From contig CAVWIP010000001.1 of NCBI GenBank assembly GCA_963755125.1, positions 128,001 through 192,000 on the forward strand: 64,000 nucleotides of DNA, read 5' to 3'. Position 1 is the first letter of the stretch, and every line of letters starts with the position of its first letter. The notes beneath the pieces were generated by a model. The model did not search any database. It was not told the origin of the DNA and was given only the letters and a program-made list of their open reading frames with translations. A program made the translations under genes and the position numbers. This DNA is from an uncultured delta proteobacterium. Its GTDB lineage: Bacteria > Myxococcota_A > Polyangia > Fen-1088. Positions 32,043 through 41,066 of this stretch are shown one piece after another.

Positions 32043-33199
32043 AGGTCACCTTTCTGGCGCGCGAGTTTCCTCCCCACGTGTACGGCGGCGCTGGCGTGCA
32101 CCTGAAGAACCTGGCTCACGAACTGGCGCGCAGCACTGACGTGGAGGTGCGTTGTATCGGCGATCAGGACATGACCGACGGCCGGTTGCGGGTGCGCGGG
32201 TATCAGGCATGGCCGCGCATGTGGGAAGGCGAAGACAAGCTCTTCAACAGCACCCTGGGGACGTTCTCGGTCAACCTGTCCCAGATTCGCGATCGCATCG
32301 ACGCCGACGTGGTGCACTCGCACACCTGGTACGGTGCCCTGGCGGGCTTCATGGCCAAGACCCTGTACAACGTTCCCTATGTGGCCACGGTGCACAGCCT
32401 GGAGCCGTTGCGGCCCTGGAAGGAAGAGCAACTGGGCCGCTCGTATCACCTGACCTCGTGGATCGAGAGGGTGGCCCTGGAGAACGCGGACCGGGTGGTG
32501 GCCGTGTCGAACGACGCGCGACGGGAGATCCTGGAACTGTTCAACGTGGACCCGCGGCGGGTAGTGGTGATCCACAACGGCATCGAACTGGGCGTGTGGA
32601 AACGGGTCGAGAGCCGCGCGACCTGCAAGGCCTATGGCATCGACGGCGACTACATCCTGTTCGTGGGCCGGACCACGCGACAGAAGGGCATGGTGCACCT
32701 CATCGAGGCCATGAAGCACGTGGCTCCTGGCGTGCGCCTGGTGTGTTGCACCAGCGCGCCCGACACGCCGGCCGTCGAGGAAGAGATCGCGGCCAAGGTG
32801 GCGGAGCAGCCACGCTGCCTGTGGATCAACACGCTGCTGCGCGAGGAGCAGTACATCGAGCTATACAGCAACGCCGCGATTTTTGCCTGCCCCTCGGTGT
32901 ACGAGCCGTTCGGCATCATCAACCTGGAGGCCATGGCCTGTGAGCGGCCGGTGGTGGCCAGTGCGGTGGGTGGCATCAAGGAGGTCGTGGTGCCGGAGAC
33001 CACGGGCCTGCTGGTGCCACCGGCCGACCCGCTCGCCCTGGCCGAGGCCATCAACCGCGTTTTGCGCGATCGGGACTGGGCGCGCCAGCTAGGCCTAGCC
33101 GGCCGAAAACGGGTGGAAGATCATTTCTCCTGGGCGTCCATCGCCGAGAAGACCAAGAGGATGTATCAGGAGTTGCTCGACGAACGCTCCTCGTCGTGA
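32039..33199 (+). CDS. glgM: GT4 glycosyltransferase of the GlgM type (actinobacterial GlgA, alpha-maltose-1-phosphate synthase)
   Basis: REFPPHVYGGAGVH, HSHTWY, HSLEPLRPWKEEQLG, YEPFGIINLEAMAC; directly upstream of glgE. Confidence 0.85.
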   Translation: MKVTFLAREFPPHVYGGAGVHLKNLAHELARSTDVEVRCIGDQDMTDGRLRVRGYQAWPRMWEGEDKLFNSTLGTFSVNLSQIRDRIDADVVHSHTWYGALAGFMAKTLYNVPYVATVHSLEPLRPWKEEQLGRSYHLTSWIERVALENADRVVAVSNDARREILELFNVDPRRVVVIHNGIELGVWKRVESRATCKAYGIDGDYILFVGRTTRQKGMVHLIEAMKHVAPGVRLVCCTSAPDTPAVEEEIAAKVAEQPRCLWINTLLREEQYIELYSNAAIFACPSVYEPFGIINLEAMACERPVVASAVGGIKEVVVPETTGLLVPPADPLALAEAINRVLRDRDWARQLGLAGRKRVEDHFSWASIAEKTKRMYQELLDERSSS

Positions 33200-33221
33200 G
33201 GATTTGTAGTACAAGAAGCTC

Positions 33222-35252
33222 ATGGAGCAAGTGCGGATAGTGATCGAGAACGTGACGCCGAAGGTCGACTGCGGCCGTTTCGCAGCCAAGGCCGTGGTGG
33301 GCGACAAAGTGGAAGTAGCGGCCGACATCTGGAAGGATGGCCACGAGTTACTGCGCGCTGTGGTCCTGTGGCGCAAGCTCAATGAGGACGAGGCAATGTA
33401 CGGCGCGATGCCTACGGCCCCGGATCGGAAGCGCGTCGACTGGCGCGAGTCACCCATGCTGAGCGATCCGGCCTACAACGATCGGTGGTATGCGACCATC
33501 AGCCCCCACGAGGTGGGGCCGCACGCGTTCACGGTGGTGGCGTGGACTGACCGCTTCGGATCCTTTGTCAGCGAGCTGAAGAAGAAGTCCGACGCTGGGC
33601 AGGACGTGTCGAGCGAACTGCTGGAAGGCATGCACATCATCGACCGTTCGCTCGAAGCCGCAGCCCACGGCAGGGACAAGGTGTCGCTGCGCGAGACCCG
33701 GGACGCGATCGCCGCGGCCAAGACCACGGCCAATCGGGTCGAGCTGATGCTCGATCCCTTGCTGGTTGAGTTGATGGCAGCCTGCGATCCGCGCGACGAC
33801 CTGCAAATCTGCCCCGCCGAGTTGCCCCTCTGGGTCGATCGCGAACGCGGCCGTTTTGGCGCCTGGTACGAGATCTTTCCGCGCTCGCAGGGCACGGATC
33901 CTGCGCGCGGCGCGACTCTCCGTCAGGCCGAGGCGCGCCTGCCTGAGATCGCTGGCATGGGGTTCGACGTGCTCTACCTGGCGCCCATCCATCCCATCGG
34001 CCGCAGCCATCGCAAGGGAGCCAACAACGCAGAGGAGTGCCGGCCCGGTGAGCCTGGCTCGCCCTGGGCCATCGGCAGCGAGCAGGGTGGCCACGATGCC
34101 ATCCATCCCGAGCTGGGCACGCTGGCCGACTTCGATCATTTCGTCGCTGCCGCGCGCGGGCTAGGGATCGAGATCGCGATCGACTTCGCCGTGCAGTGTT
34201 CGCCCGATCACCCGTGGGTCAAGCAGCACCCCGAGTGGTTCAGCAAGCGGCCCGATGGAAGCATTAAGTACGCCGAGAATCCACCCAAGAAGTATCAGGA
34301 CATCTACCCCATCAACTTCGACAGCGAGGAGCGCGAGGGCCTGTATCAGGCGTTGCTCAATGTCGTGTTGTTCTGGGCCCAGCGGGGCGTTCGCATCTTC
34401 CGCGTGGACAACCCGCACACCAAGCCGGTGAGCTTCTGGGAGTGGCTGATCGCCAGCGTGCACCGCGACCATCCCGACATTCTCTTTTTGGCTGAGGCCT
34501 TCACCCGGGACAAGCGCATGAAGAGGCTGGCCAAGCTGGGCTTCAGCCAGTCGTACAGCTACTTCACCTGGCGTAACTCGCGCAAGGAGCTGGAGGAGTA
34601 CGCCACCGAGTTGTTCCTCACCGACACGGCCGACTACCTGCGGCCGAATTTCTTCGCCAACACGCCGGACATTCTGCACGAGTATCTGCAGCACGGGGGA
34701 CGCCCGGCCTTCATGGTTCGCCTGATCCTGGCTGCGACCCTTTCGCCCAGCTATGGCATCTACAGCGGCTACGAGCTGTGCGAGAACCGCGCGCTGGCGG
34801 CCGGCAGCGAGGAGTACCTGGATTCGGAGAAGTACCAGTACAAGACCTGGGACTGGAACCGGGAGGGGAACATCAAGGAACTGGTCAGCAGGGTGAATCG
34901 CATCCGGCGCGCGCATCCCGCGCTGGCCCTGGCCCGCAATATCAGATTTCTCGAATCGACCAATCCCAACATCATCGCCTATGCCAAGACCACGGCCGAC
35001 CGGGGCGATGTCCTGGTGACGATTGTGAATGTGGACCCGCACAACGTGCAGGACGGCACCATCCGCTTGGTGCCCGAACTCTTTCATCGCACAGAGCGCG
35101 GCAAACCCGTGGCCGGGACGGTGCCGGAAAGCTGCGATCTGTCGGAGCTGCTGACCGAATCGAACTACACCTGGCGCGGCGAGTGGAACTACGTGCGTCT
35201 GGACCCGAAGTGGATGCCGGCGCACATCCTGCAGATCAAGCGACCCACGTGA
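33222..35252 (+). CDS. glgE: Alpha-1,4-glucan:maltose-1-phosphate maltosyltransferase
   Basis: WYEIFPRS, QCSPDHPW, YAENPPKKYQDIYP, FRVDNPHTKP, FLAEAF, NTPDIL. Confidence 0.96.
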   Translation: MEQVRIVIENVTPKVDCGRFAAKAVVGDKVEVAADIWKDGHELLRAVVLWRKLNEDEAMYGAMPTAPDRKRVDWRESPMLSDPAYNDRWYATISPHEVGPHAFTVVAWTDRFGSFVSELKKKSDAGQDVSSELLEGMHIIDRSLEAAAHGRDKVSLRETRDAIAAAKTTANRVELMLDPLLVELMAACDPRDDLQICPAELPLWVDRERGRFGAWYEIFPRSQGTDPARGATLRQAEARLPEIAGMGFDVLYLAPIHPIGRSHRKGANNAEECRPGEPGSPWAIGSEQGGHDAIHPELGTLADFDHFVAAARGLGIEIAIDFAVQCSPDHPWVKQHPEWFSKRPDGSIKYAENPPKKYQDIYPINFDSEEREGLYQALLNVVLFWAQRGVRIFRVDNPHTKPVSFWEWLIASVHRDHPDILFLAEAFTRDKRMKRLAKLGFSQSYSYFTWRNSRKELEEYATELFLTDTADYLRPNFFANTPDILHEYLQHGGRPAFMVRLILAATLSPSYGIYSGYELCENRALAAGSEEYLDSEKYQYKTWDWNREGNIKELVSRVNRIRRAHPALALARNIRFLESTNPNIIAYAKTTADRGDVLVTIVNVDPHNVQDGTIRLVPELFHRTERGKPVAGTVPESCDLSELLTESNYTWRGEWNYVRLDPKWMPAHILQIKRPT

Positions 35253-35285
35253 CCCGCGACCCCGGTTAGGTTACGCTGAAAGGCC

Positions 35286-36167
35286 ATGGCGATGGTGAAA
35301 CCAGTTCGCAAGGCCGTGCTCCCGGTTGCCGGAATCGGAACCCGGTTCTTGCCGGTGACCAAGGCTGTCCCCAAGGAGTTGCTGCCCATCGTGGACGTGC
35401 CGGCCATCCAGATCAACGTTGAGGAGTGCGTGTCGAGCGGTCTTCGCGATCTGATCATGGTCACCAGTCGGGGCAAGGATGCGCTAATTGACTACTTCGA
35501 CCACGCCGGCGAGTTGGAGGATCTGCTGGAACGCAAGGGCAAGCAAGCGGAACTGGCCATGGTGCGGCGGCTGAACGACCTGGCGCAGATCTCGGCCGTG
35601 CGCCAACCGGAGACGCGCGGTCTGGGTCACGCGGTGCTTTGCGCCCGCGCTGCGGTCGGCGGCGAGCCCTTTGCCGTGCTGCTGGGCGACGATCTGTTCG
35701 AAGGGAACCCGCCGGGTATCAAGCAACTGCTCGATGTCTACGCGAAGTACGGCAAGGGAGTGGTGGGTCTGTGGGAGGTGCCCGTGGGGCAGGAGCACCT
35801 CTATGGAATTGTCGATGGCGAACCAGTGGGCGGGGACGTGTTTCGCCTGAACAAGTTGGTGGAAAAGCCCGAGCCGGGCAAGGCACCTTCGCGGCTGGCC
35901 ATAGCGGGTCGCTATGTCTTGCCGCCCGAGATCTTTCCCATCCTGGCCAACACCCAGCCGGGCCGGGGTGGCGAGATTCAGCTGACCGACGCGCTCGCCA
36001 CCCTGTGCGCCAGCGACGGTCTTTACGGGGTCAGGCTGCGGGGCGAGCGTTTCGACGCTGGCGATCGGGCAGGCTACGTGCTGGCCGTGCTCCGCTATGC
36101 GCTCCGCCGATCGGACATCGGTGCGGCGGTGCGCGCGGGTGCCGAGAAACTTCTGCGCGAGACGTGA
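35286..36167 (+). CDS. galU: UTP-glucose-1-phosphate uridylyltransferase
   Basis: PVAGIGTRFLPVTKAVPKELLPIVD, GLGHAVL, VEKP, GGEIQLTDA. Confidence 0.95.
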   Translation: MAMVKPVRKAVLPVAGIGTRFLPVTKAVPKELLPIVDVPAIQINVEECVSSGLRDLIMVTSRGKDALIDYFDHAGELEDLLERKGKQAELAMVRRLNDLAQISAVRQPETRGLGHAVLCARAAVGGEPFAVLLGDDLFEGNPPGIKQLLDVYAKYGKGVVGLWEVPVGQEHLYGIVDGEPVGGDVFRLNKLVEKPEPGKAPSRLAIAGRYVLPPEIFPILANTQPGRGGEIQLTDALATLCASDGLYGVRLRGERFDAGDRAGYVLAVLRYALRRSDIGAAVRAGAEKLLRET

Positions 36168-38428
36168 GCGCGGCACGGGGAACTTCCGCGGCGGCTCCTG
36201 GCACCTTGTTGCAGGTGGCGGTGACCCTGCCGGTGGACGCGACGTTCACCTACCGCGATCCCCGGCCGGGTGTGTGCTTGCCACTCGGCACCGAGGTGAT
36301 CGTGCCATTCGGCTCACGCCGGGTGACGGGATTCGTGGTGGGGCATCCTGAGTCCGCGCCCGGCCCCGTGCGCGACATCACGGACGTGGTGGGCGACGGT
36401 CCCGCCATCGACCCATCCATCCTGGATCTGTGTCGCTGGGCAGCCGGCTACTACCTGGCCCCGTTGGGCGAAGTCCTGCGTTCCGCCCTTCCGCGGGGCG
36501 AGCGGGCAGTTGCCTCACGCCGCATCCGTCTCACCGAGGCGGGACGGCACTTGGTCGATCTGGAGGCCGACGGGCGTTCGCACATGGCCGGGATTACGCT
36601 CGGTGCACAAGAGCGGGCTTTGCTGGCCAGGCTGCGTGTGGCGCGCACCTTGAGCCCGACCACGCTGGCGCGCGCGGCTGGGGCGGCGGCGCATATGGCG
36701 CATTTGCTGGAGCGCGGTCTGGTCGAGATCATCGATCGGGTGGCCAGTCCGACGAAGAGCAAGCGGCGAGTTGAGGCTTCAACTCCGTCGGTAGCTGCGG
36801 TCGAGCTTCCCACACTCAACCCACACCAGCAGGCGGCCTTCGACGCGCTGAAGGCGGCACTGGGCAAGGGCTACAGCGGCCACCTGCTCCACGGGATCAC
36901 CGGCTCGGGCAAGACCGAGGTCTACCTGCGCATCATCGCCGAGGCGCGGGCGCAGGGCAAGGGAGCGCTGGTGCTGGTGCCCGAGATCGCGCTGACCCCG
37001 CAGTTGGCGGCACGCTTTCGCGCTCGCTTCGGCGACGACGTGGCGGTCCTGCACAGTGCTCTGCCGCCTGCCAATCGTCTGGCGGCCTGGCGGCGGTTGC
37101 GCAGTGGCGAGGTCGGCATTGCGGTGGGCGCGCGCTCGGCGGTGTTTGCGCCGGTGCACGCACTGGCCGTGGTGGTGGTGGACGAAGAGCACGACGGATC
37201 TTTCAAGCAAGAGGACGGCATACGCTACCACGGCCGGGATCTGGCCGTGATGCGAGCTCACCAGGCCAAGGCTGTGGTGGTACTGGGTTCGGCCACGCCG
37301 TCGCTGGAAAGCTTCCGCAACGTGCAGGTCGGGCGCTTCCATCGCCTGCATCTGCCCACGCGGGCCAATCCGGCAGCCGCCGCTCGGCCCTTGCCGCCGG
37401 TCGAGATCATCGATCTGCGGCGTCACCAGTTGGGACCGGATCAATTGCTGGCGCCGGGGCTGACCCAGGCGGTGGCCGACGCCTTGGCTGCGGGCGAGCA
37501 GAGCATTCTCTTCCTCAACCGGCGCGGCTACTCCACCCTCATGCACTGCCGGGTCTGCGGCGCGGTCCTGCGCTGTTCGAGCTGTGACGTGTCCATGACC
37601 CTGCACCGCGGTCGCGCGAAGCTCATCTGCCACTATTGCGGTCGTGCGGAGTCCATCCCCGGTCGGTGTCCGGCGTGCAAGCAGGAAACCCTGGAAGGGC
37701 TGGGCACCGGCACCGAGCGGGTGGAGAGCGTGGTGCGCGCGCTTTTTCCCGCCGCCCGCGTGGCGCGGCTGGACCGGGACACCACCGACGGGCATCGCGA
37801 CCAGCTAGAGAAACTGCTCGCGCGCATGCACGCTCGCGAGATCGATATCCTGGTGGGAACCCAGATGGTCACCAAGGGGCACGACTTCGGCGGCGTCACC
37901 CTGGTGGGCGTGCTGCAGCCTGACCAGGGCATGCACCTGCCAGACTTCCGCGCGGCCGAGCGGACCTTCCAGCTTCTCGAGCAGGTCGCTGGTCGTGCCG
38001 GCCGCGGCGATCGACCGGGCCGCATCGTGGTGCAGACCTATTGCCCGGAGCACCCGGCCATCCAGTTCCTGCGCGATCACGACTACGAGGGCTTCGTGCG
38101 CGATGAGTTGGCGAGACGAGAAAGTGCGAGTTATCCGCCGTTTTCGCGTATGATCGCTCTTCGCTTGGACGGCCGTCACGAAGCTTCAGTTCGCGCCACC
38201 GCCACGGACGTGGCGACGCGTGCCCGCGCGCAGGCGGGGAGCGCGGTCGTGGTGCTGGGCCCGGCCGAGGCACCCATCGGCAGGCTGCGCGGCCGCAGTC
38301 GCTATCAGATCTGGCTGGCCGGGACCGACCGGGGAAAACTGCAGGCCGTGGCGCGCTCCGCTGCCGAGGTGACCCTGCCGCGTGACGTGCGGCTGGCTAT
38401 CGACGTCGATCCACAAAGCGTGTTGTGA
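36164..38428 (+). CDS. priA: Primosomal protein N'
   Basis: GITGSGKTEVY, DEEH, SATPS, two Zn fingers, QVAGRAGR, IDVDP; probable GTG start 36164 overlapping the galU stop. Confidence 0.96.
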   Translation: MSAARGTSAAAPGTLLQVAVTLPVDATFTYRDPRPGVCLPLGTEVIVPFGSRRVTGFVVGHPESAPGPVRDITDVVGDGPAIDPSILDLCRWAAGYYLAPLGEVLRSALPRGERAVASRRIRLTEAGRHLVDLEADGRSHMAGITLGAQERALLARLRVARTLSPTTLARAAGAAAHMAHLLERGLVEIIDRVASPTKSKRRVEASTPSVAAVELPTLNPHQQAAFDALKAALGKGYSGHLLHGITGSGKTEVYLRIIAEARAQGKGALVLVPEIALTPQLAARFRARFGDDVAVLHSALPPANRLAAWRRLRSGEVGIAVGARSAVFAPVHALAVVVVDEEHDGSFKQEDGIRYHGRDLAVMRAHQAKAVVVLGSATPSLESFRNVQVGRFHRLHLPTRANPAAAARPLPPVEIIDLRRHQLGPDQLLAPGLTQAVADALAAGEQSILFLNRRGYSTLMHCRVCGAVLRCSSCDVSMTLHRGRAKLICHYCGRAESIPGRCPACKQETLEGLGTGTERVESVVRALFPAARVARLDRDTTDGHRDQLEKLLARMHAREIDILVGTQMVTKGHDFGGVTLVGVLQPDQGMHLPDFRAAERTFQLLEQVAGRAGRGDRPGRIVVQTYCPEHPAIQFLRDHDYEGFVRDELARRESASYPPFSRMIALRLDGRHEASVRATATDVATRARAQAGSAVVVLGPAEAPIGRLRGRSRYQIWLAGTDRGKLQAVARSAAEVTLPRDVRLAIDVDPQSVL

Positions 38429-39642
38429 TGGCACCGGTGAACGAAGATCTTTCGCAGTTGCTCGGCCGGTTGGCCGCGGGCATCGACGATGTCATCGAGG
38501 CAGAGATGTCGACTGCGCTGGAAGCCGTGGGAGACGAAGGTCCCGCTTCAGCTGGCGCTCTCGCCGAGATCGGACTGCCGGTTTTGATGGGCCGCATCTT
38601 CAGCGACGGAACCACGGGCCGCCTGAGAATCTGGCAGGAGCCGGTCGAGAAGAGCGTGTATTTCGAGGCCGGTTTGCCGGTCATGGCGGCTTCGAATGAC
38701 GTGGCGGATCGCATGCTGGCCATGCTGGTTCGGGAGCGGACGGTGTCGACGGCCCAGCGCGAGGAGGTGGAGAAGATCGTCGGGGCATCCGGACGCAAGG
38801 TGGGCGGGGTGCTGGTCGACCTGGGCTTTCTGCGCAGTGATGAGCTGCTGCCGGCGGTGCGCCGCCACTACGAGAGCATCATTCTTTCGCTGTTCGGTTG
38901 GACCGCCGGGCTTTGGCAAATCGAGCCTGGGATGACCGCTGGACCGGAGCGGACGCGGCTCTTGCGTCATCCTGCGGCTCTGGTGCGTGAGGGGCTCGCG
39001 CGTGGCTATTCCAGCGAGAAGATCGCGGCTCATGTCGGCTCGGGCAAGAACCTCTTTGCGCTCGACACGTCGGGTACCTCGGCCGATGTGGTGAAGCAAA
39101 TGTTGACCGACCCAGCCGAGGCGCGCGTGCCTCTCTTGTTCGATGGGGTACGGTCCTTGGACGAGGTCGCACGCTCCAGCGGCCTGCCCGATGCGACGGT
39201 CTGGCAGATCGCCTTTGCCCTGTCGTGCTTCGGGGCCTTGCGCCCCGCAAGGTCGGGCGGCGGAGCCAACGAGGGCTTACGCTTCGGCGTGCGCGATCTG
39301 CAGATCGCACGTGAGCGGCTGTTGGCGCGGCAGGCGCTGGCACAGGAGGGCGACTACTTCCAGATTCTGGGTGTGGATCGACAGGCGGATGCGACCGAGA
39401 TCCGACGCGCCCACCAGCGTCTGGTCAGAGAGTGCTCGCCCGAGGCTCTGGGGCCTGACCTGTCCCACGAGCTGAAGACGGCACTCGAAACGATCCGCGA
39501 AGTGTTGGACGAGGGGCTGCGCGTACTTTCGACGCCCGCCTTGCGAGCAGCCTACGAACTCAACCAGGCGCCAGAAGTGGAGGCCCAGCCGCCGCAGCCG
39601 GAATCGGCCGCGGAGCCTTCAGCCGACGCGCCCAGGGGTTGA
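38428..39642 (+). CDS. DUF4388-like protein with a C-terminal degenerate DnaJ-like domain
   Basis: TGRLRI..VEKSVYFEAG.P..A.SN pattern; C-terminal DYFQILGV...EIRRA...LSTPALRAAY. Confidence 0.65.
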   Translation: MAPVNEDLSQLLGRLAAGIDDVIEAEMSTALEAVGDEGPASAGALAEIGLPVLMGRIFSDGTTGRLRIWQEPVEKSVYFEAGLPVMAASNDVADRMLAMLVRERTVSTAQREEVEKIVGASGRKVGGVLVDLGFLRSDELLPAVRRHYESIILSLFGWTAGLWQIEPGMTAGPERTRLLRHPAALVREGLARGYSSEKIAAHVGSGKNLFALDTSGTSADVVKQMLTDPAEARVPLLFDGVRSLDEVARSSGLPDATVWQIAFALSCFGALRPARSGGGANEGLRFGVRDLQIARERLLARQALAQEGDYFQILGVDRQADATEIRRAHQRLVRECSPEALGPDLSHELKTALETIREVLDEGLRVLSTPALRAAYELNQAPEVEAQPPQPESAAEPSADAPRG

Positions 39643-39646
39643 TGGC

Positions 39647-40579
39647 GTGCGCGTGATTTTCTTCGGCTCTCCAGCCTTCGCGCTGCCGTCGCTGCGGGCA
39701 ATGGCTGGTGAACACCAGGTGCTGGCGGTGGTGAGCCAGCCGGACCGGCCGGCGGGACGGGGCAAGAAGTTGCAGCCGCCGCCGGTGAAGGAACTGGCCC
39801 TGCGGCTCGGGCTGCCGGTCCAGCAGCCGACCAAGCTGCGCGACGGCGCGCTGGCCAAGGAGCTTTCGGCTTTGCAGCCCGACGTCTTCGTGGTGGTGGC
39901 CTACGGCCGTATCCTGCCACCAGATCTTCTGGCCGTGCCGAAGTTGGGCGCGTGGAACGTGCATGCCTCGCTGTTGCCCAGGTACCGAGGCGCCGCGCCC
40001 ATTCAGTGGGCGGTGATCCGTGGCGAGACCAAGACGGGCGTATCCGTGATGCGCATGGAAGAAGGCCTAGATACCGGGCCGGTGGCGGCCTGGGAGGAAG
40101 AGCCGATTCGCGACGACGACACCGCGGGGACGCTGGCTGAGCGGCTGGCGTTGCTGGGGAGCAAATTGCTTGTCGAAACCCTGCCCCGCATCGCTGACGG
40201 CAGCGTCACGCTGCAAGTGCAGGACGAGACAGGCGCCACGCTTGCGCCACTGATGAAAAAGGAGGACGGCTACCTCGACCTTGGCGCCCCCGCACGGGCC
40301 GTGTCAGCGCAGGCGCGCGGTGTGGACCCATGGCCGGGCGCAACGGTCTTTCTGGTCAACCAGCCGGTGAAGGTCTTCGGCGCACGCGTGATAGAGGGGC
40401 AGGGTGCCCCCGGCGAGGTCCAGGGGCTGGTGCCGCAGGGGTTGGCCGTCGCGTGTGGGGGAGGCGCCGTCGCTTTTGCCGAACTGCAGATGCCCGGCCG
40501 GAAGCGCTTGCCAGCCGCCGCAGTACTCGCCGGTCATCCGATCCCCGTTGGTACACGCTTGAGAAGCGCGCCCAGCTAG
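39647..40579 (+). CDS. fmt: Methionyl-tRNA formyltransferase
   Basis: FFGSPAFA, QPDRPAGRG, NVHASLLPRYRGAAPI, GLDTG. Confidence 0.96.
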   Translation: MRVIFFGSPAFALPSLRAMAGEHQVLAVVSQPDRPAGRGKKLQPPPVKELALRLGLPVQQPTKLRDGALAKELSALQPDVFVVVAYGRILPPDLLAVPKLGAWNVHASLLPRYRGAAPIQWAVIRGETKTGVSVMRMEEGLDTGPVAAWEEEPIRDDDTAGTLAERLALLGSKLLVETLPRIADGSVTLQVQDETGATLAPLMKKEDGYLDLGAPARAVSAQARGVDPWPGATVFLVNQPVKVFGARVIEGQGAPGEVQGLVPQGLAVACGGGAVAFAELQMPGRKRLPAAAVLAGHPIPVGTRLRSAPS

Positions 40580-40598
40580 GAGCGAAACAATGAGGTTG

Positions 40599-40672
40599 TC
40601 GGGGCGAGAGGATTTGAACCTCCGGCCTTTCGGTCCCGAACCGAACGCGCTACCAGACTGCGCCACGCCCCG
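40599..40672 (-). tRNA. tRNA-Pro (anticodon CGG), CCA not encoded
   Basis: Minus strand CGGGGCGTGGCGCAGTCTGGTAGCGCG...TTCGGGA...GGTTCAAATCC...CGCCCCGA folds as a cloverleaf. Confidence 0.96.
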
Positions 40673-40791
40673 ATTGTGTTTTCGTTCGACCGGGAAGCTG
40701 ACCGGGCGGACACCCAGCCAACTCCCCCGCGCCAAGGCGGCGAAAATTAGCACGACCAGCCGGAGTCGCCACGAGAAAACGACCGCAGCGG

Positions 40792-41004
40792 TCAGTGTGG
40801 TTCGTCCGTCCCGCTTTCATTTTGCTCCACACCCTGGTCCAGATCCTCCTCGGAGATCGGCCGGCTGATGCGGTAGGCGCCGTCCAGCCAACTCCCCAGA
40901 TCCGCCAGCTTGCAACGCTGCGAGCAAAAAGGCCGGTAGGACGCGCTGGCCGATTCAGGAGGGATGGCTCGCTTGCAGACGGGACAGCGACCTACGCCTG
41001 TCAT
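40792..41004 (-). CDS. yacG: DNA gyrase inhibitor YacG
   Basis: CPVC...YRPFCSQRCKLADLGSWLDGAYRI; start 41004 (ORF open to 41028). Confidence 0.92.
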   Translation of the reverse strand: MTGVGRCPVCKRAIPPESASASYRPFCSQRCKLADLGSWLDGAYRISRPISEEDLDQGVEQNESGTDEPH

Positions 41005-41066
41005 CTTCCTCACTCTACCACAACGCATGTCCCCAAGCAGGCCCGTGACGTGCTACGGTTGCGGCG

